Shown here piece by piece: positions 1-13,200 of a stretch of DNA of 64,000 nt. The stretch lies in assembly GCA_010909165.1 (NCBI GenBank), contig MU008157.1, positions 992,001-1,056,000 of the forward strand, given 5' to 3'. Position 1 is the stretch's first letter; every line of letters begins with the position of its first letter. The notes below the pieces were generated by a model, which was not told the origin of the DNA, did no database searches, and saw only the letters and a list, made by a program, of their open reading frames with translations. The stretch comes from Anthoceros angustus (lineage: Eukaryota; Plantae; Anthocerotophyta). Made by a program: the position numbers and the translations under genes.

Positions 1-128
1 TGTTTCCATTTGAAATGGAAAGTAAGCATAATTTTTGGCAGGTTCACTTCATACTGAACTCGATTAAGCAATACCTTCGTGCAGCCCGTGTTCTGAACAC
101 CGAATTGTGACTTGCAACGGCAACTAAG

Positions 129-2769
129 ATGGAGATTGAAGATCTTCCCTACGGTTGGGAGGTGCAAGAGCCGCCAGGTGGCTTGTTCAACACGCAACAT
201 CTGAAGTTTTCACCCACTGTTATAGCAAGACGTTATTAGGTTGCTTCTAAGGATTGCATGCCCGCTATCTCTAGATTTGCCATTATTCCATGGAACAGGG
301 TGTTTGACTTGATGTTAGGAGAAGGCAAGAATGCACAGTTCCCCACATACTTTTGGAAGGAGACGGATAAGAAGCAAGCTGCCTCCAACAGCAGCCGTAA
401 AACTAATGTTTGGGCTTATTTGTGCCACACGAAATACTAGTGTGCATTTGGGAAAGCTGATCTTCGTGATGATAATGCAGCAAAACAGGCTTCAAGCAGT
501 GTAGGAAAACGGAAAGCCAAGATCTTGAGAGGTCAGAGTATCAAACATGGTTGCCAGTACCACTTTGATGTGAAGCAGCTTGCTATCAGCCTGCGCTTGT
601 GTTTTGTGATTCATTTGAACATGTAGACCAATGTGGACAAATCTACCACGGACTTCAGTATACTGCAGACCCTCGCTCAAGGTTTGCTGCCCGTTTAAGT
701 TAGGACATCCGTCTTGCTGAGGTGTTATTCTTGGTGTAACAAAGAGGCAGATATACCTCGAGCATTTGGAGCAAGTAGAATTGAAAGCACAAGCTAGTGA
801 TTATGAACCTTGTCGCGATGATTTTTTATAGCCACACAACATTAATAGCATTGCCTCTCAATTATTTGCGGCGTTCTATCAGTATCACCCCAACGATGAG
901 ATTAGTGTTGGTTTGTGGATAGAGGCTCACAAGGACCTTGTCTGGTATCATTCTGTTTCCTCCCCCTTAGTGATTGGCTTGCAAACTGATTTCCAGCGTT
1001 CCATGATTCTGCAGTTTGGGAATGGGAATGTCATATCCATGGACGCCACGTTCGGGACCAACAAATACAAGTTTCACCTGTACACACTTTTGATGTTTGA
1101 TAGTTACTAAAACGGAGTGCATGTTGCTTGGATTGTTATAGATAGTGGGACAACAGTAGATATTCAATCTTGGTTGCAAGCTTTCAAGGACCATATTGGT
1201 AGGCATTGCCTGGAATGGCAACCAAGTGGCTTTCTGGTAGACGATATACCTGCAGAAATTGCAGCCATTCACAATATATGGGGCGTGACAGTTCCAGTGT
1301 TGTTATGATTGTGACATGTCAGAAAGTGCTAATTACGACATTTGTTGTTGAAGGTCCAGAACTGGGAAGTTCGGGTTGCAATCGTTCAGCGCCTTGGTCA
1401 CATTATGTATCTATCCCGGCGATGGCAAATTGAAGATGGGGCCCACAAAATGCTGCACAAAGTGTACGTAGATTTTGGAGATAGCGCTCTGAGTTTCATT
1501 AAGTATTTCAAGAAACAATGGCACAGTGTGCTTCCCTGGTTAAAGGGTATCAGAACTATGAGGCATGCAGGCCAAGATTGTAACTCTGCTATCGAAGCCT
1601 GGCATGGGTTTTTGAAGTCTCTGTTGTGCCATGATTTTGTTAGGGTGCGAGGAAGATGGTTGGATTAGTTTCTCCACACTCTCGTGGAAACGGTAAGCAA
1701 AATCTACTGGTATAAGCATTTCACAAAGGAGCATGGATTCAGGTACAATGCAAGGGAAGCAGCAATCGTGAATAATGCAATCTTGGGTTCCCAATCCATT
1801 CCCGACTCAACTGTCACATTACCAACCACAATTGATGGACTAGCTTTTGTGAAGAGTTGCATTAATCGGAAGTTGATCTATACCATCTTCAATGTAAGTG
1901 CAGATTGGACTTGCAATTGTCCTAGAGGCACTCGTGGAAACAGTAAGCAAAATCTACGGTATAAGCATTTCACAAAGGAGCATGGATTCGTACAATGCAA
2001 GGAAGCAATCGTGGACAATGCAATCTTGGGTTCCCAATCCATTCCCGACTCAACTGTCACATTACCAACCACAATTGATGGACTAGCTTTTGTGAAGAGT
2101 TGCATTAATCGGAAGTTGATCTATACCATCTTCAATGTAAGTGCAGATTGGACTTGCTGTAATTGTCCTAGAGGCACTCAGGGTTTCTTTTGCAAGCACC
2201 AAGCTAAGATATTACACCTCATAGGGGAACTGGTATCCACATCTGAGCTAGTTACAGCTATGGCTAGAAGAGGACATGTCCACGTCTCTCCGCATTCTAT
2301 TGGACCAATACATATGCCTTGTGAACAGGCGGTGCACGAGGAGGCAGACATGCCTATTTTCACAACTCAGGAAGATACTGAATCATTGCCAATAGCGCTG
2401 CCATTTGGCAACGTAAAGCCACAAGTGAAGGTCGTTGCTTCATACCAGAGCTTGGAAAATATATGGAAAGAAGTGTGGGGAATGGTGCATGCTGATGCTT
2501 CCTTGCTCCAGCATACTCATGTAGCAGCTTCTATGTTGCTTCTCCAAGTTAAACAATTGCAGGCACGAAAATGTGCCAATGGTGCAGTGTCCACATTTCA
2601 AGGCCATTTACTCAAATTGGACAATGGCTTTGGAGATTCTCTGAAGAGGAAAAAAAGTATTGTGGAGATGACTACTTGGAAGCCTGCAACCCGCCGGCAG
2701 AAGCCAAAGATGCTAGAGGTGTTGCACCAAGGTGCTGAAAGTAGTTATCTTGAAGAGAGGGAAGGATGA
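129..2769 (+). mobile_element. Mutator-like (MULE) transposase pseudogene with SWIM zinc finger
   Basis: Fragmented ORFs contain the MULE DDE-region motif ISMDATFGTNKYKFHLYTLLMFD, then FLVDD..AEIAAI, NSAIEAWHGFLK and the SWIM finger CNCPRGTQGFFCKH (CxC..CKH). Several stops and frameshifts are present, plus a ~250-bp internal duplication (1684-1935 / 1932-2180). Confidence 0.85.
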
Positions 2770-3987
2770 GATTTGTGGCTATTTCATGCCTTACTTGGCT
2801 ATAAATTTTGTAAGATAGGTCATCGGAAAGCCAATTTCAAACTCATCATGTTCAGCTATCTGTATGCAAACTTGGATATTGATGTTCGTCAGAATTGCCC
2901 GATGAACAATTTGTGCTCTCTGAATTTCAAACTCTGAGTACGTCTTCCACATACGTTTACAAGGAATGAGCTATAGCTCATTCTGTAGCCCTCTAGACAA
3001 GCTTCAATTTGATTGCCTTGTATTACATTTTGGTTGTGTCTAGCATAAGTTATGAACGAAAATGAGCATCTCTGTTACCAGGCCTCAACCCCGAATGCTC
3101 TATATTTTTGGCTTTGAGCAATAGCTCATCCTGTTGCCCTTCAGACAAGCTTCAATTTGATTACCCTGTACCAAAATTCGGCAAAATTCGGTTATGTCCA
3201 GCAGAAGGTATATATGACAACGTGCATCTCGTATACCAGGCCTCACTCCCGCGTGCTCTACATCTTTGGGTTCTTCGCCACGCACACGGGATGCGTCCCC
3301 GTTCTCATATATGTGCATGATGTGCCGAATGGCTATCCCGTTCTCATATATGTGCCATGTGTTCGCAATGGTCACGTATGTTTCCATGTGTTCACATGGT
3401 GCACTCACCCGGTTCCCGCGTCGCGCTCGCAATCGCAAATCACGGATGAGAGAGACAGATGGTAGGTCCCACCACATCAAGCAACCAAGCATTAAACCCC
3501 CGACAAATTTTAGTGAGCGGCTTTCCAAAGTAGCATGCACAAAAGAGTATATTTATTTAAAGCAAACAAAGGATGTTTACATAGGTATCCAGACAATTTG
3601 GTTCATGTCGAGACCTACTTCCGGACCTCATGACAAGTCATGTCCAGCAAGCAATCCTGACTTTGTCCCACACTTATTGCGATATGATGCGCATGAGGTG
3701 CATGTTGATATGTATGGATCAGCTAGCTATAGGCACCTGCCCTCACCTAACATCCACATGATTCCAACCTTGATCTGCTGTTATAGCTATAGCGCTCTGC
3801 AGGAGGATTATATACGTCCCTCAGCATCGCAGGAGGTACTAGACACAAACGGAACACGACCATGGATCAATTCACGCCCTTGGAACTGTTGGAACTGGAG
3901 CTCAAGGTGGTCGGAACATGAGGTATGTGCAAGACCACGCTGATGAGAGCCCGTTCGACATGCCAATGGCACGCAGCGCTTGTCAAT

Positions 3988-4399
3988 CTAGGAATGGCGG
4001 ATCTGGAAGGTGAAGGATCCAGAGCCGATGCTTCCAGAGACGCGGCGGTGCCACCACATTCGCAACACAGTTGGCGAGGATGATATTGAGGTTGTTTCCG
4101 GCGTTGGAGCAGGAGGTGCAGCTGCCCTGCGACCCACAGATGTCGACGGACGCACTGCCTGCCACGGCCATGCTGGTGCACCCGGATGAGCTGGTCTGGC
4201 AGCACTGAGACGACCCCAGGTTGCGCACGTACTGGACGCAGGCGTTGGCGTCGCCCTGTGTGGGCGAGTTGCCGTTGGTGGTGCACGACTGCGCCATTGC
4301 CACAGGCGCTGTCGCTGCCGCGCACAGCGCCAACACGATGAATGCGCCCACGATCATGGCGCTAGCCGATGCGGTAGAGGAAGCAACTGTCTTGGCCAT
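3988..4399 (-). CDS. Secreted Cys-rich small protein, paralog A copy 1 (putative KP4/Ecp2-like fold); apparent frameshift near 3' end
   Basis: ATG at 4399-4397 and TAG at 3990-3988. Signal-peptide-like hydrophobic stretch (MIVGAFIVLALCAAATAPVAMA|Q) and 9 Cys in the mature part. Two 1-bp losses in G/C runs at ~4040-4060 relative to the intact copy at 33541-33960. Confidence 0.8.
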
Positions 4400-4550
4400 T
4401 CTCGCAAACACTGGTGGGCGATTGCGATTCCACGTACGAGAGACTAATCGATGGATGCGGGAGAGTCTAGAGACTCAGAGTGTGATAAGCAGCAGATTTA
4501 GGCAGGCAGTGATGTGGGTGAGTGCATGCGAATACGAGGTGCCGGGTCCC

Positions 4551-4560
4551 CTTCTTATAG
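4551..4560 (-). promoter_or_regulatory. TATA-like box (TATAAGAAG) upstream of Cys-rich protein gene
   Basis: Lies ~155 bp upstream of the ATG. The motif is conserved in all four copies (also ~17254-17262, ~34111-34120, ~43133-43141) although the surrounding A and B promoters have diverged. Confidence 0.5.
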
Positions 4561-5929
4561 CTGCCCAGGGCCAGCCGGCCTAGGCCTACCTCTACCTCGG
4601 AAGGATATCCGGACTTGTGACAAGGACAGGCCTAGGCCTGGGAGGCTGCGTGATCGCAACACACCAAGACCGGGGCCATCATAGCCGTGCAAATTCACGG
4701 GATCATCTGCTCCAAGTGTGATGGTTGCTACGCGGCAGGCCCATACAGGCGCCTACATAGATTAAGATATACCCACAACGACTCAGAACTGACTTCAAGA
4801 GATCGGTAGGTGGCGGGTATATATATATACAGTGATCTCACTAGTATGGGTACCGGTGGCAGATGGTTGAGAGGATTTGGACACAGTGAAAGTCATTCTT
4901 GTTTCATTAGGAATATCCTTCCAAGACTTGGAAGGAAGCTTCGAATTCATGTTCCACCACAAGGCCGGTGGCTATGGACAATATAGTGGTCATCGTCTGT
5001 GGTCGTGGACCGGTGCCGGTTCTGACCAAAATGCATGTCACCAACACTTGCACCACTGTTCTCGTCACACTCTGGAATTTCTTTCAGCCTTCTCAGAGAC
5101 TTCACACGGAACTCCGTGTGCGTAAATCATGCCGGTCTGATTGGGACATCCTGTGTGTGTAAATCGTGCCAGTCTACTGGGCTCGTTGGCTTCCTTGTAC
5201 TGTTCACCGCGAGATCCCCTTTTATAAAGATAAAATACATGCACGAGACCAATGTATAGCAAAGGTTGTATGCGTGCACTACTTGCGGTTCGGTAGTGGT
5301 GAAATTAGACTCTGCCACGGTCCAGCATTCCGTTGAGTCTTAGAAAGACAAGTTTTCCAGTGATCAGTGGGATTGATTTATCAGCGGAAATCTGGAACAT
5401 GGTCATTTCGGCGTGCTTCAAGCTTGAAGGAGGAGTTCATCAAGATCCTGCTTGATTACTTTTGCTGCATGGCGCAATAACAATCACACCATGTGCTCAC
5501 ATGCTAGATTGCGTGTGATGTCTTGGAGTGTGCAGTGGGATTGACTTAAGCAGAAGGAATGAGCTTATAGAAGAGAACGGAGAAGCAGCGGCGGCCATGA
5601 CACTGCACATGTCCAACGACACCACTGCATTCCAAATACTGTACTCTTATTGTGGACTGCACTCCACCTAATCCAAGAACTGCAGGAATTATGACTGCTG
5701 GCTTCGAAATGGCATCCATGTGATTACCCACAACAAGAGTGATAAATCAGAGCCCTAAATGAGGCAATTGTCTGATGACTCCCACGAGCTCTATTGACAA
5801 CTCCTTGTTGAGGCATCCTTTTAATTTTGAAGTCTGCTTTCTTGTGACAGTATCTGATGCTTAGAGAACTCCAATGGGAGTCGGACACACCAGAGTCTTA
5901 AAACATACAGCTGTGCCAAAGTCTCTGAC

Positions 5930-6660
5930 CTCTGCGCGCCTTGTGCTAGCATGTGCCAGTGAGTACCCCAAGTGGTGTTCCTTCCATTACAGCACGCAAC
6001 CATGGCCAGATGCATCTTCCAACTTGTGCTTACTTGAATTGTTTGTTGCATGGTCGAACTTTGGAGCTCCCTCCACTTGGCCAAGTAATCATGGCCAGAA
6101 ATATGGTTGCCAACAATTCGGCTCACTTGAATTGTTTGCTGCAGTCGAACTTTGAGTTCCTCCATTTGGGCAAGCAACCATGGCCAGATGGTTAACGTTG
6201 CCAACATGTGCTTACTTGAAATGTTTGCTGCAATCCCTGAAACCTCGAGGCAGCGAGCATGCCGCTTGCATTGCACCCTGTAAGCTGTATGAGTGTTGCT
6301 GGCGAGTTTCTGGAGCCCTGGACTCAGGGCCCCAGAATATTTTGCCAGTTGATTCAATTCAGCAAGAAAGTTTGAAATTCAGCACAATGTCCAATTCTAA
6401 TCTTTGTTGAACCTCGGCAATGCTTCGGTTTTGGAGCGGCATCTTGGAGCTGAGACAGTCTCCTGTGCAGAAGAGGGACATATCCTGCTAGAAGCCCTGG
6501 GTTTTGGGGAGGTTGCGCAAGGATGCTGCGATTGTGGCAAAGAAATCCATGTAACGTTCCCTTCGGAGGCTGATTTCGGTCCGATGCAGCTTGCCGAAGC
6601 GTCACATTACAAATTAGCCTAGCAGATTTCTTTCGCTGTGTCTGCAAAGCTAAGTTGGCC
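5930..6660 (+). pseudogene. Degenerate repeat-containing coding remnant, possibly NLR-type LRR
   Basis: Internal imperfect repeat (catggccaga..ttgccaac..gctcacttgaattgtttgc) translates as WPDASSNLCLLEL / QFGSLELFAAVEL. Homologous to 14860-15520, 35490-36220 and 40740-41400. No intact ORF. Confidence 0.3.
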
Positions 6661-6800
6661 TACTTCGTAAAATCGGCAAAGCCCCAAAGAATAAGAAGAA
6701 TCGTAATCGCAACAATTGGAGTCGCAGTTCAGGGCTAGCTCAAATTTATCATTTGTTTTTAATACCTATATCATATTACTGTTACGCGCGCTTACCAAAC

Positions 6801-6869
6801 CCACTGGTGGCCTAGTGATGAAAAGTCTCTGCCACGGTTCACACCCGGGTTCGATTCCCGACCAATGCG
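6801..6869 (+). pseudogene. Degenerate tRNA-Gly(GCC)
   Basis: CCACTGGTGGCCTAGTG..CTGCCACGG..ACCCGGGTTCGATTCCCGACCAATGC matches plant tRNA-Gly-GCC: intact B-box GGTTCGATTCC, GCC anticodon and a downstream oligo-T (~6890-6899). The D-arm is damaged and the acceptor stem has mismatches. Confidence 0.75.
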
Positions 6870-6999
6870 TATCTTGGATCTGTTTGCTGTTTTTTTTTTC
6901 GATCCATGCTTCTCAGTGGGTCGCGCCCGGTGAAGTGCAGTACACGTCCAAAGTCGAGTTTCAGCGAGGTTGTTGCCAAATGTCCCATCGCGCGCTGGA

Positions 7000-7480
7000 C
7001 TGAACGCATTCTCCTTTCTTCTCCGATTCGGAACTCCAGTGGCAGAATCTGGGTGAACTCGCTCACCACTTTGCTCATGCCAGGTCTGGCAGAATTAGCA
7101 GTAAGTGGCACGCAGCTCATGGCGATTTTCGCATACCTACACACCGACTGTGCCTCGTAGTCGACTCCTCTGAGAGCCGGATCCACCATTGTGAACGACC
7201 CTCCATTGTTCATGGGGGCTCTCACCTGCGTGAGTGACCATTGACCATGTGTTTCTGCTGTATAACATTTTGTAAGTGAAAGGGGTGGCTGTCCACACCA
7301 GATCCAACAACACCACTCCGAAACTGTAGGCATCGCTGTTGTTGTTGGTGAGCGTGCCATTTGTGTGCAGGTACCCGCCAACACTACTTGGGACCACCAT
7401 TAGCAGCTGCGCGGAGAAGCAGCTGCCCAAGCACAGAGTCTCATGAACAGCAAGCACTTAAGAAGTTTCAAAATGGTTCA
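7000..7480 (-). pseudogene. Receptor-like protein kinase C-terminal remnant (subdomains ~VIII-XI)
   Basis: GGYL..LTNNNSDAYSFGVVLLDLV resembles GYLDPEY..LTEKSDVYSFGVVLLEL. It is followed by VDPALRG.Y...SVCRYAKIAMSCV...RPGMSKVVSE, typical of plant RLK/Pelle kinases. Frameshifted. Confidence 0.8.
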
Positions 7481-7855
7481 AACTGAGCATCGGTGCTAGC
7501 AATGCGTCCAAGGAGTTTTACAGAGATCGTCATCTCTAGGGGTAAGGGCCCCATCCTAATCCAAATTGGGGGTAATCAGCACCCCTCGTAGTAGACAACT
7601 GACCCTAGGCTTCGGAGTTGTAAGAAGAACTCATGCTTGCATGTCCACCTTGATGCCACTCCGGGCCTGCCACGACTCGTAGGTCAGTTGAGCATCTTGT
7701 TAGGCATCCTTCCCCTTGGCCATGAGCCGTGACAAAGCATGCGAGTGGAAGCAAGCATGACATGCTGCACGCAGAGATATATGTGCCATGCCGGGGCTTA
7801 CCTGTACCAAGATCTAGACAACCCTACTCCACACGGCGCCGAGAAACGGATGCCT

Positions 7856-9429
7856 CTAACACCGGCACTGCAGGTACAGGTCGGGCCTCCACTCGCCCGT
7901 GATAATGCGGTCCGCCTTGCCTACGATTCTGAACTCATTCGAATACTCGTGAACGATGAAGTTCCATGTGTTGAAGTAGATGTGGTATCTCACAAGGACA
8001 GTTCCGTGATCCGGGCCTTGAAGATCCACGTCCACCCTGTCCCACGGATCCTCCGCTTCAGGCAGCAGCGACACCCTGAAGGTAAGATAAAGCATGTCGC
8101 CAGCTACCTGTACGTCGCGCAGACTAAAGCTCCCAGGTTCGTCAGCTTCAGGATCGTCAAGAAGGCAAGACGGTGGCAAAGCCGAGCAGAAGACCCAGAT
8201 CTGCGCCACAAAATCCCTCGTCCACACGTTAACCTCTCTGGGACCAGACTGCACAACCCACACAACCCTTCCTCCATGCACGCAGATGTGCTGGCCCTGC
8301 CAGCTGTGGACGAGCATGCGCGGGGCCAAACGGCCCGGAAGCGCATCCCAGGTCCGAACATGCCTTCCGGTCGCGACGTCGAAAGCCACCAGCTTACTCT
8401 CACACCCGTCACCACAAGGACTAGAGTATAGCACCACCACCTTGCCCTGGACCAGCACCGGGGACGCCGCCATGATGGAATCGTGTTTCATGTCCTCGGG
8501 AACCTGCAGAAACGTGACGGCCCAGCGGCCAAACCTGCTGCAATACAGAGCACACTTGGGGCCACGATTGTCCATCCAGAACACTACCACCTGAAACTCG
8601 CACGCAGATCTGGATCGCCCTGCAACACCGGATCCATCCCCGAGCTCGAGGCGCGAGGTGCCTGAGCCGCTCGAGCCGTCCGGGCCTGGGCCCGGCGCTA
8701 CCTGCAGCATCACCTTGTGGTGGCTCGGACCCGACATAGCCAACTGCAGCAGCACTGGCAGCCTGGTCCATGTCCCGTTGGCCAGGTTCAGCAGGCAGAG
8801 GCGGAGGGACTGCTGGGCAGATTCGGAGGGACTCCGGGATGCAGGAACTCATTCCGATTGTGCGCCAGGCACAGCAGCCCGCTCCCCGAGTACAACACGC
8901 AGCTCGGGCCCGGCGACGGGTAGAAGCCGCTCACAACGTCCTCGGGCAGGAAGCTCAAGTTCACATCGTGTACCCTAGGCACGTACCCCAGGTGGGAGGA
9001 GCAGGGAGAGGATTCGGGCCACCGGTGGCCCCACACCCCCGGAGCATCAAGCCCGAGCAAGAAAGTGAGCGGTCGAGGTCGAGGTCGAGGTCGAAGTCGA
9101 AGTCGAGGTCGAGGTCGAGGTCGAAGTCGAGGTCGAGTCCGTGATTCCAGGGCCACCCTAGGCCTCTCCCTCTCCCTCTCCCTCCCGCTCCCCCTCTCCC
9201 TCCGCTGCGCATGCAGGAACCTGCCGGCCCCGTGGAATCGGCATGTCGGAATCCTCACCGACTCCACCCTTCCTGTCTTCTCCCACAGCTTGCTCACTAC
9301 CCTCCTTTGCAGATCCCGCCTCGTGAGCCGGGCCGCCTGCTCGGCCGGGGTCCGCCCTTCGTCGTCCTCCGGCTCCTGTTCTTCGCTCGGCAGATAGACC
9401 CGCACGTACGGGAACTGACCGTAAGCCAT
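7856..9429 (-). CDS. F-box/F-box-associated-domain-like protein, copy 1 (one frameshift at ~8790-8850)
   Basis: GC-rich single-exon coding region formed by ORFs 8788-9429 and 7856-8755. Motifs are LTRRDLQRRVVSKLW (degenerate F-box-like), LSFLP..VLYSGSGLLCL, LCLLNLANGTWTRLP, SPVLVQGKVVVL and LVAFDVATG, as in plant F-box/kelch-FBA proteins. Confidence 0.6.
9071..9138. repeat. (GGTCGA)n hexanucleotide microsatellite encoding Pro-Arg dipeptide run
   Basis: About 11 units with a few AGTCGA variants, in frame within the F-box-like gene (RPRLRPRPRP...). Confidence 0.95.
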
Positions 9430-10229
9430 GCCTTTGTCCCCGGGAAGTTGCCAAGGCCGGCGCCGTGCATACGTATATAAAGACCTATAATCTCGATGAT
9501 CATATTTACCCTAAATATGCTTCACCCTTCTCGATGACCATGTTGACCCTCATGGATTGTTCCCGGTGTGGTGGGGCCCAGCCGGGGATGCCGTCCGTGA
9601 GTGAGGATATGGGGGCATGGGCGTGACGCCATATGGGCATGGAGCCATCCCATCGCACGGGCTCGCTCTCGCTCTCGCTCATGGGAAGCTACTCCCATTG
9701 CGCAAGCGCTAGCCTTGAAACATCCCCCAGACGGCTGCACAGCATCATGTCCATCATGTTCCACAGCCACATTACAGCCTCCGTCCCAGACGAATTCCAG
9801 GCACCAGTTTCGGATCACACACCCAAAGTCTGGAGCTCGCCTGCAGGAGGCTCTCTGATCATGAGATTCTTCGTTTTGGTCAGACGGGCTCGGCAGAGAA
9901 CAGGACAGACGAGAGTCTGCGAAACTAGAACTAAAGTGACAAAGCCTACACAAGGCTCAAGGCGGGGCCTCTACAATGTCCTTTAATCGTACACGCAGCA
10001 AGGCTCTGTAAGTCGGAAGGAAGACAGATGGCCAATCCGGATTGCGGGATAACGGGATTGCGGTTTTGAGTTTTGGTCTTGCTGAGCAGAGGATCCTCTA
10101 GACTGCTCAGCAAGACCAATGAAAGTCACTACCCTCTGAGACGAACACCAGCTTCGAACCCCTGTTTCACCACATTTCCTTTTTCAGCACAAGGCAGGGT
10201 GGCCATGGACAATATGCTGGTGGTGGACT

Positions 10230-13200
10230 TGATAACAAAAAAAGGAACATGGAGGGGATCTCAATATCAAGGTCTGGTGTACCGTTCTCATCAGCGGGTT
10301 TTTATGGTGGTTCACGTAAAATGTTTTCGCGCGATATACGACGGGAAAGCTTGTATGTCACACACCTGGTGACATCGGCCACGCAGCCATCCCCGCGTGT
10401 ATTGTTGTCGGTAGGTGTGTGATACGCACATCTTTATGCATAGAATGCATAGAAGATGCCGAAGGATTGATGCGTACAATACACAGGAAAATAATGTTGA
10501 CACACACAACTCACGCCATGATGAGATTGGTACGCCATACCGAGGTGCTTCACAACATCGGAAACGGGCTTACAAATTGACCCATTAACCATACACACAC
10601 CAGAACTAGAGGCCTCCTATGGCTATCGCGACTGCTGTTGGAGGCCACACATTGTGGTCCCATGGGCCATAAACAGCCACAACCTACCGCTAGGCCTCTC
10701 AGGGTGGGTTCACACCGGACCCTCATGTCAAGAGCCGTACTAGGACTTGGTCTAAACCATGTCATGGTGGCCATTCTGATCCTCGCCGCTTCACACGGAC
10801 TTGGCCTAAACCATGTCATGGTGGCCATTTTGATCCACTTTCCTGCCAAACGACTGTGGGCCACCCTTTCACTTATTGATAAATAAAGTGAAATGTCTTA
10901 GGCAAGAGGAGGTGAAAAGGACCCTTCCTTCGCACCAACACATTCATACCATCTTCTAGAGTCATTATATTTTGTCTTCCACCCGCTCTTGTGCGGCCTT
11001 CTCTAGTTTGAGTTTATTTTAGGTTGTTAGATTTTCTATTTAAATACATTTTATCATGTTATCCAAGATGGATCCACATACTAGGCATTTATGGATGTGT
11101 TTATTATTGGGCTTATGTTATATATTACTTTGGAGCTTTGGAGTACACATCATCCATGTGAATGGATTTGTTTTTTCCATCCATTATGATCGAGTCCAGT
11201 ACTTTAGTGATCTCCATAATGCTTCATTAGAGATTTAGCATTCAGATCCAAGACACATTCGAATTCAAGATGGATGCAGGTGCAGGACGCATGCAGATGC
11301 CCGAACGCACTCGTCCACCCGAGCAGCAGTGCAGAGGCAATCCAGGCTCTATCTCCTCATAATCCTATGCCATGCCTCCATCTTCGGTAGGCCACACAAC
11401 TCATACCTTCAAACCGCTAGATCTGATGGGGCGTGGAACCCTAAAGTGTGTGGGAGCAAGGAGGCATGGAGCCGGCATCAAAAGTAGCATAGTAACCCGA
11501 GCGAAAGAAGAAAAGTGAAGTTTGTATGCAGACATCTCACATCTAGATCTCACTCAACCATGGGCTGTCCAGTGGCTTGAAGGTGCTTGCCACCGCTATG
11601 ATGCCGATTCTCTATTTCATTAACCTACAACGGTCTTTTCTAACTCTTCATAAAGTAATACCTTCTTGGACACGAGCATTAAGCCTATTTTAATTTGTTT
11701 ATTATGAAAGTGATTTTACTCCTTCATATCGGGATGGTCATATTTGTAAAAGTAGCTTATATTTATAATGTATATCTACTATGATTTAGACTTTCTTGTG
11801 ATGCCAAAATTTATATATCGTAAAATAATGTTTCCATCAATAGCTCCTAGGTTGATATATGTAATTTTGGCCATGAAACCACGAAATTATGGATTTAGAG
11901 GGTTTTCATTTAGATCCAAGACGTTTTACACCCTTCAAAGTAGTGACTAGTAGCCATCACTATTCCTAAGGAGACCTTGTTCGATGAGAAGGGAAAAGGA
12001 AGCTGCGGGCACCAACCGTTTGCTGCATTACCATCTCACTCTGACATATGCTTGCAAGCCAATAATCAAGGTAGGCCCATACCACAGTGACCTGCTAATT
12101 ACAGCATATTGCTCTCTCAAGATGGGAAATGCTAATCCACAAGAGGGATGCAGATTGCTTAACATGGAATTGCTGTAACAGGAAGCTGCCAAGAAGGGGA
12201 GAGAGGATAATACTACTTAAGGAGTTGTCCGGAGGGCTATAAAGGTCAGCTTGCTCCCACTATTATGTCTATTTTTTGTCACATTACTCGCAATTTGAAT
12301 TAATATACAAAAATAAATAAATCATATTGTCTATATATGTGATATGCCCACATGTAAATTAATTCAGTGCATTGAGTCTCTCCATATCCTATTGTCTATA
12401 TATGTGATGTTGCCTAGGTGTAAATTTATTCAGTGCACTGAGTCTCTCGTGAAACTAGTTTGCCAATGAAACTAGTCCCCTTTACTGTGCCTTTTTCTCT
12501 CTTTCGCGTGTTCCTCTCATTTTTCGGCAAGTCGTGATATCAGCCCAACGAATGCAAAGCGGTGTAGCTTCTGTAGGTGAGGCGAATGGCGTGTATGTAG
12601 TTAATGGCGATGGGAGCAACTCTGCTGCTGCTACCAATGCCGGGTTTGTAGTTAATAGCATGGCTTCTGAACTTGAAGCCATTGCAGGCATCAATCCTCT
12701 AAGCTGTAAGGAGGATGAAGGATGGCAGGAAGTAGTACGTAGGGGGCGATTTGCCCATGGAAATCGGAGAAGAAATGGAGCCCAAGGCTTAGTAAATGGT
12801 AACGGGGTGCCAACTCAAAGTGCGAGCAATGCTCCAAGGAATCGTGAAACATGGGTGATTGAAGGCAGTCAATTTTTTGGGGTAGCAAGCGGTAATGGGG
12901 CAACAAATGGTAATGCCTCTTATGATAGCAAGAGGAGAGTGAAGCCTGCTTTCAATAACACTGGTCGATAGCTTGAGGCCCAAGCAGCGGTCACACTCAA
13001 AAGTACTTCACTGTGGTGAGTCTCCTTTGGATGAGCCCAAGGCCAACGGTGCTACTGCCGCTATGGTGAAGACGGTGTCTGAAAATTGTGTCCCTTCAAG
13101 AAACCTGAATGCTGCTAAACCTACTCCAGCTCGGCCACTTAGAGCTGGAACTTCATATAAGGATGCAGCACTTGCACTTCACGTTCAAGTGAGGCCTCCG

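Noticed and set aside
3100-3943. His/Met/Tyr-rich ORFs downstream of the Cys-rich gene
   Set aside because: They arise from short TATG/CATG-rich repeats, and the frames are not preserved in the duplicate at 32.6-33.5 kb.
6801-6869. Functional tRNA-Gly
   Set aside because: The D-loop GG is lost and there are acceptor- and anticodon-stem mismatches, identical in both copies, so this is not random error.
8770-9397. SR-protein or RGG-protein ORFs on the + strand
   Set aside because: These are alternative-frame readings of the GGTCGA microsatellite antisense to the F-box-like gene; no RRM is present.
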